Shown in pieces: positions 17,695 to 30,600 of a DNA stretch of 64,000 nt (the first letter of the stretch is position 1; every line of letters starts with the position of its first letter). Origin of the DNA: the human T2T-CHM13v2.0 reference genome, Homo sapiens. Both the position numbers and the translations under genes were made by a program. The stretch lies in NCBI RefSeq assembly GCF_009914755.1, contig NC_060929.1. One strand, written 5' to 3'. The notes below the pieces were generated by a model. It did not search any database, was not told the DNA's origin, and saw nothing but the letters and a program-made list of their open reading frames with translations.

Positions 17695-18097
17695 TAATAT
17701 GATTTGTTATCTGTATCCCCACCAAATCTCACATGGAATTGTAATCCCCAGTGTTGGAGGAGGGGCCTGGTGAGGGGGTGATTGGATCATAAGGGCAGTT
17801 TCTCATGAATGGTTTAGTATCATCCCCTTGGGGCTGTTCTCCTGAGAGTGAGTGAGTGAGTTCTCCCAGATCTGGTTGTTTAAAAGTGTTTAGCACCTCC
17901 CCTGACCTTCCTCCTGCTCTGGCCGTATGAAGGGCTGGCTCCCCCTTCTCCTTCAGCCATGATTCTAAGTTTCCTGAGGCCTCCCAGCCATGCTTCCTGT
18001 AGAGCCTGTAGAACCGTGAGCCAATTAAACCTCTTTTCTTTGTAAATTACCCAGCATCAGGCATTTCTTTATAGCAATCCAAGAACAAACTAAAACA
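17695..18097 (+). mobile_element. MSTA-like MaLR solo LTR, nested in a MIR
   Basis: TATGATTTG...CCCCACCAAATCTCA...GAGCCAATTAAACCTCTTTTCTTTG...AACTAAAACA; MIR-like sequence on both flanks. Confidence 0.88.
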
Positions 18098-20322
18098 TTA
18101 AGGATCATAGTAGTTAAACAACTTGCCCCCAAATCATAGTTATTAGATGATAATGCTTGGATTTAAACCAATATTTGATTAACTCCAAAATTCACATTAT
18201 GGAAGACTGAGGTACAAGTTTACAAAGCTAATTCACAGCAGAGCACAGTCTAGAAACCAGGATTTCCAAACCTTAAGGACTCTATATTACACAGCAGATT
18301 CTTATTAAGTTTCTACATATTTAAGTATGGGGGCATATAAAGCTTTGAGTTTCCATAGATGAGAAACTAGTCATCAATCTAATCTTTATAGAATTCAGTC
18401 AGGTAAGCTATTCAAGAAAAATATAACAATAAGGTCCTCGGGTAGCATAACTGTGCAATTTTAATGTGATAACCGTTAAGATATTTCCCTGACACGGAGA
18501 AGGAAAATCTATTAGTTTATCACAGCTTGCTTAAAATATCCTCAAAGATAATCAAGTCTTTTGCCATGAAGATCGTGACTTATAAGGCAATCTTTTTTAT
18601 ATCAAATAGTTTTCCTGGAGCTTCAATGTAGAAAAGTAGACACTACAGGATTATTAAAATTCCTTCTCTATCCTCTGCATCTTTCCGCCATCTTTATAAT
18701 GTTCTATAATAATTTTTAAGTGAACAAACCATATATATCAAAGACATAGCCTCCACAAGAGAATTCATCCACACAAAATGAAATTTCCATGGCGAGATGG
18801 TAGTTATGACAGTAACTGAACCCGTGAAGTAGCATATGTTTTGTTTTCCATCCAGTCTTCCCAGATAAAAATTGCCTGATAAATTCTGCTCAGGTCCATG
18901 GGGACACTACAGACCTGAATCAGGCCAACTCCATCTTCTTCCTCTTAGCTAGGACCGGTTTCTATTATCTAAACAATGTTTCCTAGTGTTTTTAGACATA
19001 CACTGATAGATATTGTGTTTTTTATGTTTTTAATAAAAAATCCATTAACTCTTGACTTCATTTGCCTGTGAAAATATTTCAAGAGATTAAAACAGTTTGT
19101 GATAAATTCTTTTTTATAGCACAGTAAATGATGATGGAAACTTAACTGCCAAATTGCTGGAGGGAAGAGTTTTAATCATTTCACTCTGGTTCTAACATGT
19201 TATAGGAAACATCGAAGAATCAGCAGAAGCTTTATTTAGCCCCACAGGAAAAAACACTAATATTTGGACTTCTCATGGCATTCAATTTTAGTTTCCTAAC
19301 ACGTGGACAATTTTGCTCTATTTCTCAATTCTCAACAGAGATGAGCGATTACCTTAGTCAAAAGTTGTTTTTGTAAAAGGTTATTTTTGTGGCCGTGGTG
19401 AAACCGTTAAAAATAGTTTTGCTTTCAGAACACTAAAAGGAAAAAGGCTTTATCAAACTTAGAAAATGATAGCATTATTGCATCAAAATTTCAATACAAT
19501 GTTAAACCTTTGAAAATGCTAGATAAAAAAATCTGCTTGAAACAGAGAAGACAAACAAAAAGCAATCCAAAATGTACAATAAACATCTACTCTTTACAAA
19601 ATTAAGAAAGAAAATATCAGCTGTATGTTTTTATTAATCTTCCCTTTTTAAAATGTCCATGGGTATAGTAGATTTTTAAACATTTTATTGCAATCTCTAT
19701 TGGGCTCTCATTAATATGGTTGAAATTCACTGATTGACCTGATTCTCTTCTCTGACTACTGAGGTTTCTACTCCTCCAACAGAAGTATAAATCACAAACA
19801 CAGCATCCAATAAAAGTGGAATCCATAGCTCTACTTCTTTTCAGGTCTTATAATAGTTCAGAGGGGTTGGGAGAAACTATTAACATTTGTTGAGCTCCTT
19901 CTATAGTCTCAAGATGGATCATAGACTTAAATGTAATACATGAAAGTATAAAACTTTTAGAAAAAACCAGGAGAAAATCTTCAGGATCTAAAGAGTTTTT
20001 AGGCATGAAACTAAAAGCATGATCCATAAAAGAAAAGCAAAGATAAAGTGGGCTTTATCAAAATTAAAATTTTTATTTTGTGAAAAACACTATTCATAGA
20101 ATGAAAACATAAGCTAAAAATGAGAACAAAATATTTATACATACCAAATAAATATTTTCTGTCACATATCCAACAAATAACTTGTATCTAGGATATATTA
20201 AAAAAAATATTAAAACTCAAGAATAAGAACACAAACAACCACATTAAAATACAGCCAAAAGACTGAAAAAAAATGCTTAAGATGATATAAGAATGGCAAA
20301 TAGAAACATGAAAATATATTCA

Positions 20323-20614
20323 GGCCAAGCATGGTGGCTCATGCCTGTAACCCAAGTAATTTAGGAGGCCAAGGCATGCAGATCGCTTGAGTCCAGGAGT
20401 TAGAGACCAGCCTGGAAAACGTGGTGAGACCACATTTCTAAAAAAAAAAAAAAAAAATACAAAAATCAGCCAGACTTTGTTGCACATGCCTGCAGTCCCA
20501 GCTACTTGAGAGGCTGATGTTGGAGGATCGCTTTAGCCCAGGAGATAGAGGCTGCAGTGAGCCAAGATCACCCCACTGCATTCCAGCCTGGGTCACAGAG
20601 CAAGACCCTGTCTC
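20323..20614 (+). mobile_element. AluJ-type, full length, with purine-rich tail
   Basis: GAGGATCGCTT...CCCAGGAG...GAGGCTGCAGTGAGC...GACCCTGTCTC J-type diagnostics; (GAAA)/(GGAA) tail at 20615-20726 that resumes at 20945-20984. Confidence 0.92.
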
Positions 20615-20738
20615 AGAAAAAATAAAAGAAAGAAAAAGAAAGAAAGGAAGAAGGAAGGAAGGAAGGAAAAAGAAAGGAAAGAAAGAAAGAAAGAAAGAAA
20701 GAAAGGGAGAAAGAAGAAGAAAGAGAGATCACTACAGT

Positions 20739-20940
20739 GATCCTCCAACCTCAGCCTCTCAAGTAGCCGGGACTGCAGGCATGTTCAACAAAGTCTGGCT
20801 GATGTTTGTATATATATATTTTTAGAAACATGGTCTCACCATGTTTTCCAGGCTTGTCTCCAACTCCTGGACTCAAGTGATCTGCATGACTTGGCCTCCT
20901 AAACTATTTGGATTACAGGCATAAGCCACCATGCCTGGCC
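20739..20940 (-). mobile_element. Inverted partial copy of the adjacent AluJ
   Basis: Reverse complement matches 20323-20529 including private substitutions; no own A-tail or TSD. Confidence 0.9.
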
Positions 20941-21447
20941 TGAAAGAAAGAAAGAGAGAGAGAGAGAGAAAGGAGGAAAGAAAGTTCAAAATGATTAGCC
21001 ATCAGGAAAATGTAAATTAAAAGCACAATTAGATACCACTACACATCTTTGAGAAGAGCCAAATTTTTTTTAAAAAAAGAGAATACTGTCAATACCAAGT
21101 GCTAGAGAGGATATGAAGCAACTGGAACTCTCATACATAGTTGATAGGAATGCAAAATCGCATAGGCACCCTGGAACCTTTGGATATTTACTGGAAAAAA
21201 AACTAATGTCCACACAAAAAATACACAACTATGTATAAGAGCTTTATCCTCAAATTTCCCTAAACAGGTTAATGGATAAACCCACTGTGGCACTACACAT
21301 CCATACCATGGAAAAGTACTCAGGAATAAAAAGGAAAAGCTACCAATATATGCAAATTTGTAGACAAATCTCAAAGTCATTATGCTTTGAGACTTTGGGG
21401 GCAGTATTATGCTGAGTGAAAGAACCTGTTCTCAAAAGATTGTATGA

Positions 21448-21766
21448 TAGAGGTCCAAATTTACAATGGTTTGACTTAAGGATTTTTCAACTTTACGATG
21501 GTCCAAAAGTGACATGCATTAAGAAGAAACTGTACTTCAGTATAGTATTCAATAAATTACATGAGATGATCAACATTTTATTATAAAATAGGCTTTGTGT
21601 TAGATTATTTTGCCCAATTTTAGGCTAATATAAGTGTTCTGAGCATGTAGGGTAAGCTATAATGTTCAGTAGGTTAGGTATATTAAATGTAGTTTTGATG
21701 TACAGTATTTTCAATTTATGATGGATTTATCAGGATATAACCCAATCATAAGTCAAGGAACATCTA
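21448..21766 (-). mobile_element. MER47-like Tigger (TcMar) DNA-transposon relic
   Basis: TATAAAATAGGCTTTGTGTTAGATTATTTTGCCCAA...GTAGGTTAGGT...TAAGTCAAGGAACATCT. Confidence 0.8.
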
Positions 21767-22214
21767 TCTGTAAATGATTCCATTTATATTATATCACATT
21801 CTCACGAAGTCAAAACTATTGTGACAGAGAACAGATCAGTGGTTTCCAAGAATTAGGAGTGGAGGAAGCTTTGATTGCAGAGGGGTGACATTGGGGGAAT
21901 ATTTTGTGATGATATATCAGTTTTGTCTTCTGATTTTGGGGGTGGTTACACAAATCTACTCATGTGTTAAAGTTCATAGAACTGTATATCAAGTGAAAAA
22001 AATCAATTTTACTCTATAGTAATTTTTTTAAGTACAATTTATTATAAAAATAATAAAGGAGATTTTTTTAAAAAACATATTTCATCACTATTTCTTCTTT
22101 TGAAAGAATTCTTCTGCTGCTAACAGATAACAGATAATTCCTTTTCTCCAATATCTTGGGCCTTCCGAAGCTAACACTGGCTTTTCCTTCTTAATGACAA
22201 ATCCGGCAATGATG

Positions 22215-22476
22215 AACATACTGATAGCATCATTAAGTATTCAATTCGTGGCATGCCTTTTTCTAAGCACTTCACATCCATTTCTACATTTTATATTCAC
22301 AACGTGCTTGAGGAAGTAGGTTTCATTAGGATCTCCAATGTATAGAGGAGAAAACTGGAGCATGAAGATGTTAAATAATTTGGCCAAGATCGCTCAGCTA
22401 GTAAGTGCCTGACTTCATATTCAAATCGAGGCAGTCTGGCTACAGAGTCTCTGCCCTCAACCATAGTATTATACTA
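22215..22476 (-). mobile_element. MIR SINE
   Basis: CTAAGCACTTCACAT...GAGAAAACTGGAGC...GTTAAATAATTTGGCCAAGATCGCTCAGCTAGTAAGTG...CAGTCTGGCT core. Confidence 0.8.
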
Positions 22477-23066
22477 CTTCTTTCTAAATTCACCTGGGTA
22501 AGCCTTAAAAATAGACTGTATGCAAACCACTTGGCTATACTTTGTATTTCTAAACTCTTGCAAAGGAAGTATAGACACAAGATCCACCAAGTCTTTTCAT
22601 CTGCATTTCAGCCCCATCTTCTAGTCCTCCTTTTCCTGAAGGAATGTTACCAGGGCTAAAACATTTTGACAATTTCCTTGAGTATATTTATTTAGATATA
22701 TAAAAATAAATACATTTGATTATAGTGTTTGAATCTAAAAGAGAGGCTATCTATCATCTTCCTTTTGCCAACATAGGTTAGATATTAAAGCACTGGATCC
22801 TAGGAACAGGCAAATATTTTGCCTTTATTGTCATATTTTTTTGTGAGAGAATGACATAGATCATTTTCAAGAGCTCACGTAAATGAAAATTTACCAAGCA
22901 GGCAGAATTTTAAAATATTTCTCTTTTCATTTGGATAAAGACAAAATGATTCAATTTTGTATCTGTTCAATTTCTGTCAGTGTATTATTACCATTGAGTA
23001 GTAAACTGAGGTTGTTTAATATCTAAACAGAAAACAATGAATTATAAAAAAAGTATTATTCATTTT

Positions 23067-23210
23067 CTTTCTTTTTTAATTTTATTTTTTTATACAGACA
23101 AGGTGTCACTGTGTTGCTCAGGCTGGTCTTGAGCTCCTGGGCTCAAGTGATCCTCCTGCCTCAGTTTCCCAAAGTGCTGAGATTACAGGCATGAGCCACT
23201 GCACCTAGCC
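23067..23210 (-). mobile_element. FLAM/AluJ left monomer
   Basis: Single monomer CTCCTGGGCTCAAGTGATCCTCCTGCCTCAG preceded by a T-rich tail; flanking ATTCATTTT repeat. Confidence 0.85.
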
Positions 23211-26200
23211 TTCATTCATTTTAGATATTGAAATTCCCTTCTATTTTTTAGTGATACTTAAATTATTTGCACCTTATAACCCTTCAACAGATCAAAACAC
23301 AACTATTCTCACCCTACTTAACACTCCAAAAATAACAAAGAGGAATCCAGAGAGTAAAATCATTACCAAGAATAAATCCGTCAATCCATCTCAGAGAGAA
23401 AAAATTATGGTCGTACATTTCTGTGCAATGACGTATAGCTTGGGTCACACCATGGACCCAGAAAAATGGAGCCAAGCATTTCACCTGAAATAATATAGAA
23501 GGGCACAAGCAATCACAGGAATTTTAGCTTCAGGATGTGGTAGTAGACCATGGGGGCAGGAAGAAATAAAAGGAACAAACGTCACAGAAATAAACAATAG
23601 GAAAAGGTAGGGGACAGATCATGGTATCTGAATGACAAATTGGCAACACCAGGAAAGTGCACCTCAGAACAGGCTCTGGAATTGGAACATCTACTTGGCG
23701 GATATTAGTGGTGAATTTTTCCTCCTCTCTCTTTAAATGGAGAAACAATAGAATGACTCTAGCATATTTGATCAACCTGAGTCACTATATGAATACTTTA
23801 TTGATATTAACCAAATTAATGAGGGAAATTCTAAGATGTCTATTTTCCTCATACATGCAGGGCTGATAAGGAGGGGAGACACCTACGGTTTCTTCCACTT
23901 GCAAAGAAAGGAACAATAGAGACAATGGTGACATCATGTCACTCCCTCTCCAGGTAACCTTCAAGTGACTTCCTATCAGTCTAGCTAGCCAAGATCAGAA
24001 ATAATATGGTTGTTGTATAAAGGCATTTCTAGGAAGACAAGAAACAGAATGTAGAAGCAATTTCCTTTCACAAGCCTACTTCTGATTTCCAGCTCAGCAA
24101 CGTGATATTATAGAATAGTTTAAATGATGGAGCTGACTGTATCAAACTGAAATATTAAAATGATTAATCTATTACAGGAACTTGATTATACCATGTTAAC
24201 TTATCAAGATTATCAAAGAAAAACGGAAAGGTCTTAACTAAATGCTTCCTTCTACTAACAGCTCTCAGCTTTTTGTTGTTGTTATATCAGAAATACATGA
24301 CTGTAAACAGTGTAATAAGTTTCTTTCTCTTATTTTAATTTAGCCCTTTGAAATTATATGCATTTTTCCTAGGACATTGACAAGCAATGTTGGCAGAATA
24401 AAGAATCCAGTTCCCTTTGTGCCCTTATTTTGTAGAACATCAGAGAGTGCTTTTCTCAAGTCCTAAAGTGTGACGCAGAGAAAGGGATTTTCAGTCCCCT
24501 CTGCCCTCTCACACATCTCTTGACTATTGCAACTCACTTTGCAGCTGGGGGATTATTTTCTCACACTGAGATTCATAAACACCATGAGACTCCTCCACTT
24601 CATCCTGGATCCACATCAAACCCCAGTGATGCCTTTTTCAAGCTATAAACATTTGCCATGCAGCATTAGCATGCTACATATGGCCTGAAACACCTCCTGC
24701 TCCCCACAAAAGCATGGGTAGGAAGAACAGTTCATGTTTGTGACTCACAGAAGGCCACAGAATACTCCCGACTTCTCTGAGATTTTTTTTCTTCTCAAAT
24801 CTACCCTAACTCCATAGAGTTTATATTCAGTCATGAACCAACAAAAATAGATGCATGATGAAAGCTGAATTAAAAAGGAAGCCTCCCACGTGCATTCACC
24901 ATTGATGGGGGATAAATTGGTATATCCCTTTCTGAGGACAATTTGGTAACATGTCAAAATCCCCTAAAATAGCATATTTTAACCAGGTGGTCCACTTCTA
25001 GGAATATATCCTAAGGAAATAGACAATTCAAAAGATGAATGTTTCGGGACATTCGTTCCAAAAAAACCAACTAAATGCCAACAATCAATAAGAGACTTCT
25101 TCAATAAATGATGGCATATTCCTGCAAAGTAGTTTAAATGTTGCAATTCAAACTATTGCAATCTATTTTTACTGACATGTAAAAAGGCTCATAAAATGCC
25201 ATCAAATTTTTTGAAGACCATAAAATGGAAATAGCAGTCTGTTGCCATTAAAAATTTTTATTTATATATACACAATTTAACTGCATAAAAAATTTTTAAA
25301 GAGCTATACATACTGAAAGGTTATGTGTACCAAAAAAAAGTTATTATGGATTTTTCCCTGTTTTTTTTCTTAATTTTTCTAACAAAAAGGTTTATTTTCC
25401 ATAATGAGAAAAGCGGTAGCTATTTCTGTTTTGAAAACAAATAGCTGGGGAAAAATTAAGAGAGAGTGCTTTTTCTCTTTTACTTCCAGACCTCTGATTC
25501 ACAACGATGGCAGTTCCCTTCTTAACTGTTAATAGACCATTAGGTTCTGTAATTTTCCATCAGTAACATGCCTCTGAGAAGCCTTTGGAATGGCCAGGCA
25601 CAAACCCAAAGGCCCAGGTAATTCTGAAGTTGGGGAAAAATATGGATTAGTAAATGATCCCTTAAGGGCTTGGATGATTCATGCCTATTCCAAAAGTTGT
25701 CACTTAGAGCCAGAGGTATTTAGGTGTGTGTAGGTTGGTGTCAGGGTAGAGAGCTGCCTGGGTGGATAAATGCCACTGTAGGAGGGATCTTAAAAATGGC
25801 AAAGTTCCAGGGAGCCAGGCCCTCCAAAGTATGTAAATTTTCATGCATCAAAACAAATCCAAAAGTGGATTATCAAATGTAAAACTAAAATATGTAATTT
25901 CTAGCTATTTAACTTGTCTTGATGTGTTTTCTTTTAGCATTGCTTTAGAGACACATGTGGTGCAAAAACCTTAATCAGGAAAATTAGTAATACTTCTATA
26001 AAATCAGTTTATTAACTTTCTAGATATTTGAAGAGGCAGCCCATGAAGTCCACTCTAATCATTTTATAAGGGTCAAATTCAAACCTAGAGATATTCTGGT
26101 CTTCTTTTCTGACAGTAAGTTTCATGAAAAATAAGACCATTCCAAAAACACTAACTTGGCAGCAATTTTTGCCCTCAAAGTTATACAATTTAATGTTCAT

Positions 26201-27300
26201 AGGTATAGTAAGTATTTTATAGCATTAAATAGCTTAAGATTAGGTAATACTTATCCTTTATTCCCCCACAAACCCACCAAAAATCCTCAGAGCAATATAT
26301 TAGGTTTAAACACATGAAATTGCCATGATCACACTAACTTTTTGGCATAATAAGTCAATGCCTAACTTTAAAATATATTTTAATGGTTATATAACATAGC
26401 CAAAATTGTATTTGGGTAGAATATAATCATCCTTCCTTCATATCCTATCTTTTAAATCACCTCTATCCCCCAAAGATTCCAATCTATTTTATAACCTCAA
26501 TCTCAAGTGGGGATATTTTGGGGAAGAGAGTGGGACATGGCTGGTCCTATAGTTTAGATTATTCTGTGTTAGCTAGAAGACAGAATAATGCCCACTATTT
26601 TAGAAGAGATGCTTGAAGGTGATTTTACAGCCATAACTGAGATTTCAAAATCTTATGCATTTTGCCTACAAGGGTAATCAGAACAATGCCTAGGGAACTG
26701 TGACGTGAGCCTCTCTTTGTATGAGCACTAACATTCTTCCCTCCTCTGCACACACACATACACAAACGTAATAGAGTAATAAATCTAATTCTTCACACGA
26801 ACCATCAGCTACACTACTGAATACAAATCAAAAATGCGGTGTGTTATTAATCTACTCATCCACATACAATCTTTACGGTGAAGTTTCTTTCTAGTCTGTA
26901 TATTCTGTACTACAGGTATAGTCTGTGCTGTAATTCTGTACCTGTAACTAACCGTACTGCCCCTATCTGTGGTGAGATTTCAGAATGGGTCACAGACAAG
27001 TAAATATAATAAATAATGTGCAGTACTGTCATTGGAAACAAAAGCTGGACATTTACAAAATATGGCTCAAATATATTTTTGTTTAATATCTGCTCAAATA
27101 TTTGCCCTTGCTCAAAATCCTCCAATAGTTTCCCATAGCAATCAAAATAAAATCCTTACTATGGCCAAATGTGCTCCTACTCTGGGATTTGCCATTTTTA
27201 TGGTTTCTTCCACATGGAGCATTTTCAGAGAATTTTCACACTCTCATCTTTGCATGCCTTGTTTTGTTTAAATGTCTCTCACTCAGAAAAACCTTTCATG

Positions 27301-27618
<318 letters not shown>

Positions 27619-28128
27619 TCACGACTAGCGGATTTAAAATGCAGTCACAGATTTATCCTTCTTTACTTCTTTATGTTTCTTCCTAATTTAAACACTCTAA
27701 ATTCTTTTATTTTAATGTCTAGTTTCCATTTGCTGCATTCAAATGTAAACTCCATAAGGGTAGATGCTTTGCCTCGTTTCTTTACGACTATACCCTCAGG
27801 AGCTGGAAAAATGCCTGGTACATCATCAGCAATACTCAATAAAGGGATGCTGAAAGAATGAATGATCCATTGCCCATAGTGAGGTGCATGAATAGTACTC
27901 TTCTATATTAAGACAAATGCAAGCAGTTATTCTTTGTTCTCTTGGACTTTATGGACAAATGCAATATTTATAATATTGTTTGAATGGGGAGCACTGTGAG
28001 TGGTGGGTTAGGAAAGAGCTGATTGGAATTAGGCTTTATTCTAGGCTCATGCTGTGATGCTGCAAGGATTACACATCACAATGCAATCTAGAGCTTAGAT
28101 TTCCAAAGAACTTTCCACCATCAAAAGG

Positions 28129-28485
28129 TGCTATAGACTTAATGCTTGTGTTCCCCCAAAATTCATACACTGAAAGCTGGCCCCAGTGTAATTGGAGGTG
28201 GAGCCTTTGGGAAGTTATTAAGACAAGAGGGCAGAGCTCTCATGATTGGGATTAGTACGCTTGTAAAAGAAACCCCAGAAAGCTACCTTGCCTTTTCAGC
28301 CATGTTGAGGACACAGTGAGAAGATGGCCGTCTATGAGCCAGGAGACAGGTCCTTACCAGAACTCAACCTGCTGGCAACCCCAATCACAGATGTCCAGCT
28401 TCCAGAACTGTGAGAATAAATTTCTGTTGTTTATAAGCTACCTAGTTTATTGCATTTGTTACAGCAGGCCATACTGAGACAGACA
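28129..28485 (+). mobile_element. MLT1A-type MaLR solo LTR
   Basis: TGCTATAGACTTAATGCTTGTGTTCCCCCAAAATTCATA...GAGGACACAGTGAGAAGATGGCCGTCTATGA...CCAGAACTGTGAGAATAAATTTCTG. Confidence 0.88.
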
Positions 28486-29036
28486 AAGGAGAACAGAGTT
28501 TGTTCAGTTTAAGAGAAGAGTAAACTGAAGTTTGGTTCTATCTGATACTAAAGAAAACATAATTAACTGAAAGTTTTCAAGTGAATATCCTAATTGACTG
28601 GGAACCTTTGTTAATTTCTTACTGTTAAAAATCATTCTAGATCATTATCTATTTCAAATAATAATGACTCTGGAACCTGAGGCTATGAGCTCTGATCTGC
28701 TTTGGGGTGATCTTAAGTAATGCATTTAACTGCTCTGTTCCTCTTTCATCTGTAAGATGGGAGATGCAACAATAATGCTGGAATACATACAATTCAATAG
28801 AAATGTTTTTCTCATTCTCAGGCAATGCAGAATATGGCACAAACTTCAGGGGTAATCATGTGATTATTCATGATAACGGTCCAATTCTAGAAATGAGGTT
28901 GAATGTATACAAATGACAGAAAATAACCCATAGAATTATTTTGACTTTGCTTTTGTAAAGCTATACTAGTTTTATTTTATGCCTCTCTATATAAATAATC
29001 ATTAATTATTAACATTTTAAATTATACAATCTAGAT

Positions 29037-29250
29037 TAGCTGTTCTCAATTAGGGACTATTTTGGCCCCCAAGAGATATTGACAATGCTTAGAGATATTT
29101 TTGATTGTCACAACTTGGGGAGGGGTGTTACTGGCATCTAGTTGGTAGGGATCAGGGATATTGTTAAATATCCTACAATGCATAGGACAGCCCTCACAGT
29201 GCTGAATTATCCAGCCCAAAATGTCAATAGTTCTGAGGTAGAGAAACTGG
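29037..29250 (+). mobile_element. MER20 (hAT-Charlie) relic
   Basis: TTTTTGATTGTCACAACTTGGGG...ACTGGCATCTAG...CCTACAATGCATAGGACAGCCC...AAATGTCAATAG; strand assignment tentative. Confidence 0.85.
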
Positions 29251-30040
29251 ACTAAATAAACTATGATATTTGTGTTCTTGTTGTTTGCACTTTCCCTAAA
29301 CATAGAGAGTCAAATAAAATTTTAGTTAACAAAGGGCTCCATTTAAATGAAGCTAAAAAATAATTTAGCAAAAGCAAATAATCAGTAATGAGCAAAAATC
29401 AAACAAGCACAACAAGCAAACACAACAAGCAAACACAACAAAACAAAAAGCTCTGTCGAATCTAGATAAACTGTTTCTAGCCAGTTGACATTGTACAGAG
29501 AAAGAGAAGCAGTTTTGTTTTTTTTTCCTCTCAGTAAAGCTGCAAATTTTTTCTACAAAGTGTCCCTTAAATAAGTCTGTCATATCATGGAAACCAGTCT
29601 AAATTTTCTCATGGTGTTCATGGCTAGTAAATACTTTGTAAAGAAGTATTAATACCTGAGTTGTGTAAAACAGAGATCTTTCAGCACATTAATTCAATGG
29701 AAATGATTAAAGACTGTCTTTTTATTGTTATTTTCTTTTCTCTTTTCTTCCATATCTGCAGCCATATCACTAGGAATAAATGAAATATTTGCAAACAGGG
29801 TTGCACATATCCCTGTCTCCTTTGGGCTAAGCCCAGGACTTCTCAGTAATCCTTTCACAACCACCCTACTTGTAGGCATGTATTTCCTCAAACTTCCTCA
29901 TACTTGTTGCTGCTATTGCCACATACGTTCATGTTTGCCAGTCTCAGCTGAAATACGTAAACCTCCTGCTAATGACATCTGGGAAATTGATGGCCTTGTG
30001 ACTAAATATGTGATGCACAGCTTTGCATACTGTCCATCTT

Positions 30041-30102
30041 CATATTTAGGACTCAGTATTTGGCATATTGTATTTGGCATATTTAGGACTCAGTATTTGG
30101 CA
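30041..30102. repeat. Imperfect three-unit tandem repeat
   Basis: CATATTTAGGACTCAGTATTTGG / CATATTGTATTTGG / CATATTTAGGACTCAGTATTTGG. Confidence 0.9.
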
Positions 30103-30294
30103 AGAATGTAATATCTGACAACCAAGAACTTGCACAACACTGAAGAGGACAGTGTATTTAAAAGAGACTATTAAGACAACTTGATATTAATATGTAAAAT
30201 ACATTTAAAGTTAGAAAAGTTAGTATAAAGATCATTATTCTAATTCTAGGGTAACATGGTATGCTCATTGACCTTGGAAATTTTCTTATGATAA

Positions 30295-30600
<306 letters not shown>

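Larger units (their letters stand above)
19910..22040 (+). mobile_element. Old L1MC/L1MD-type 3' region, interrupted by an Alu complex and MER47
   Basis: AAGATGGATCATAGACTTAAATG...AAATGTAAATTAAAAGCACAAT...GGTGGTTACACAAATCTAC...CATAGAACTGTA. Confidence 0.75.

Noticed and set aside
19407-22514. Isolated MEF2 consensus matches (TTAAAAATAG at 19407 and 22505)
   Set aside because: Many such matches are expected by chance in 64 kb of AT-rich DNA.
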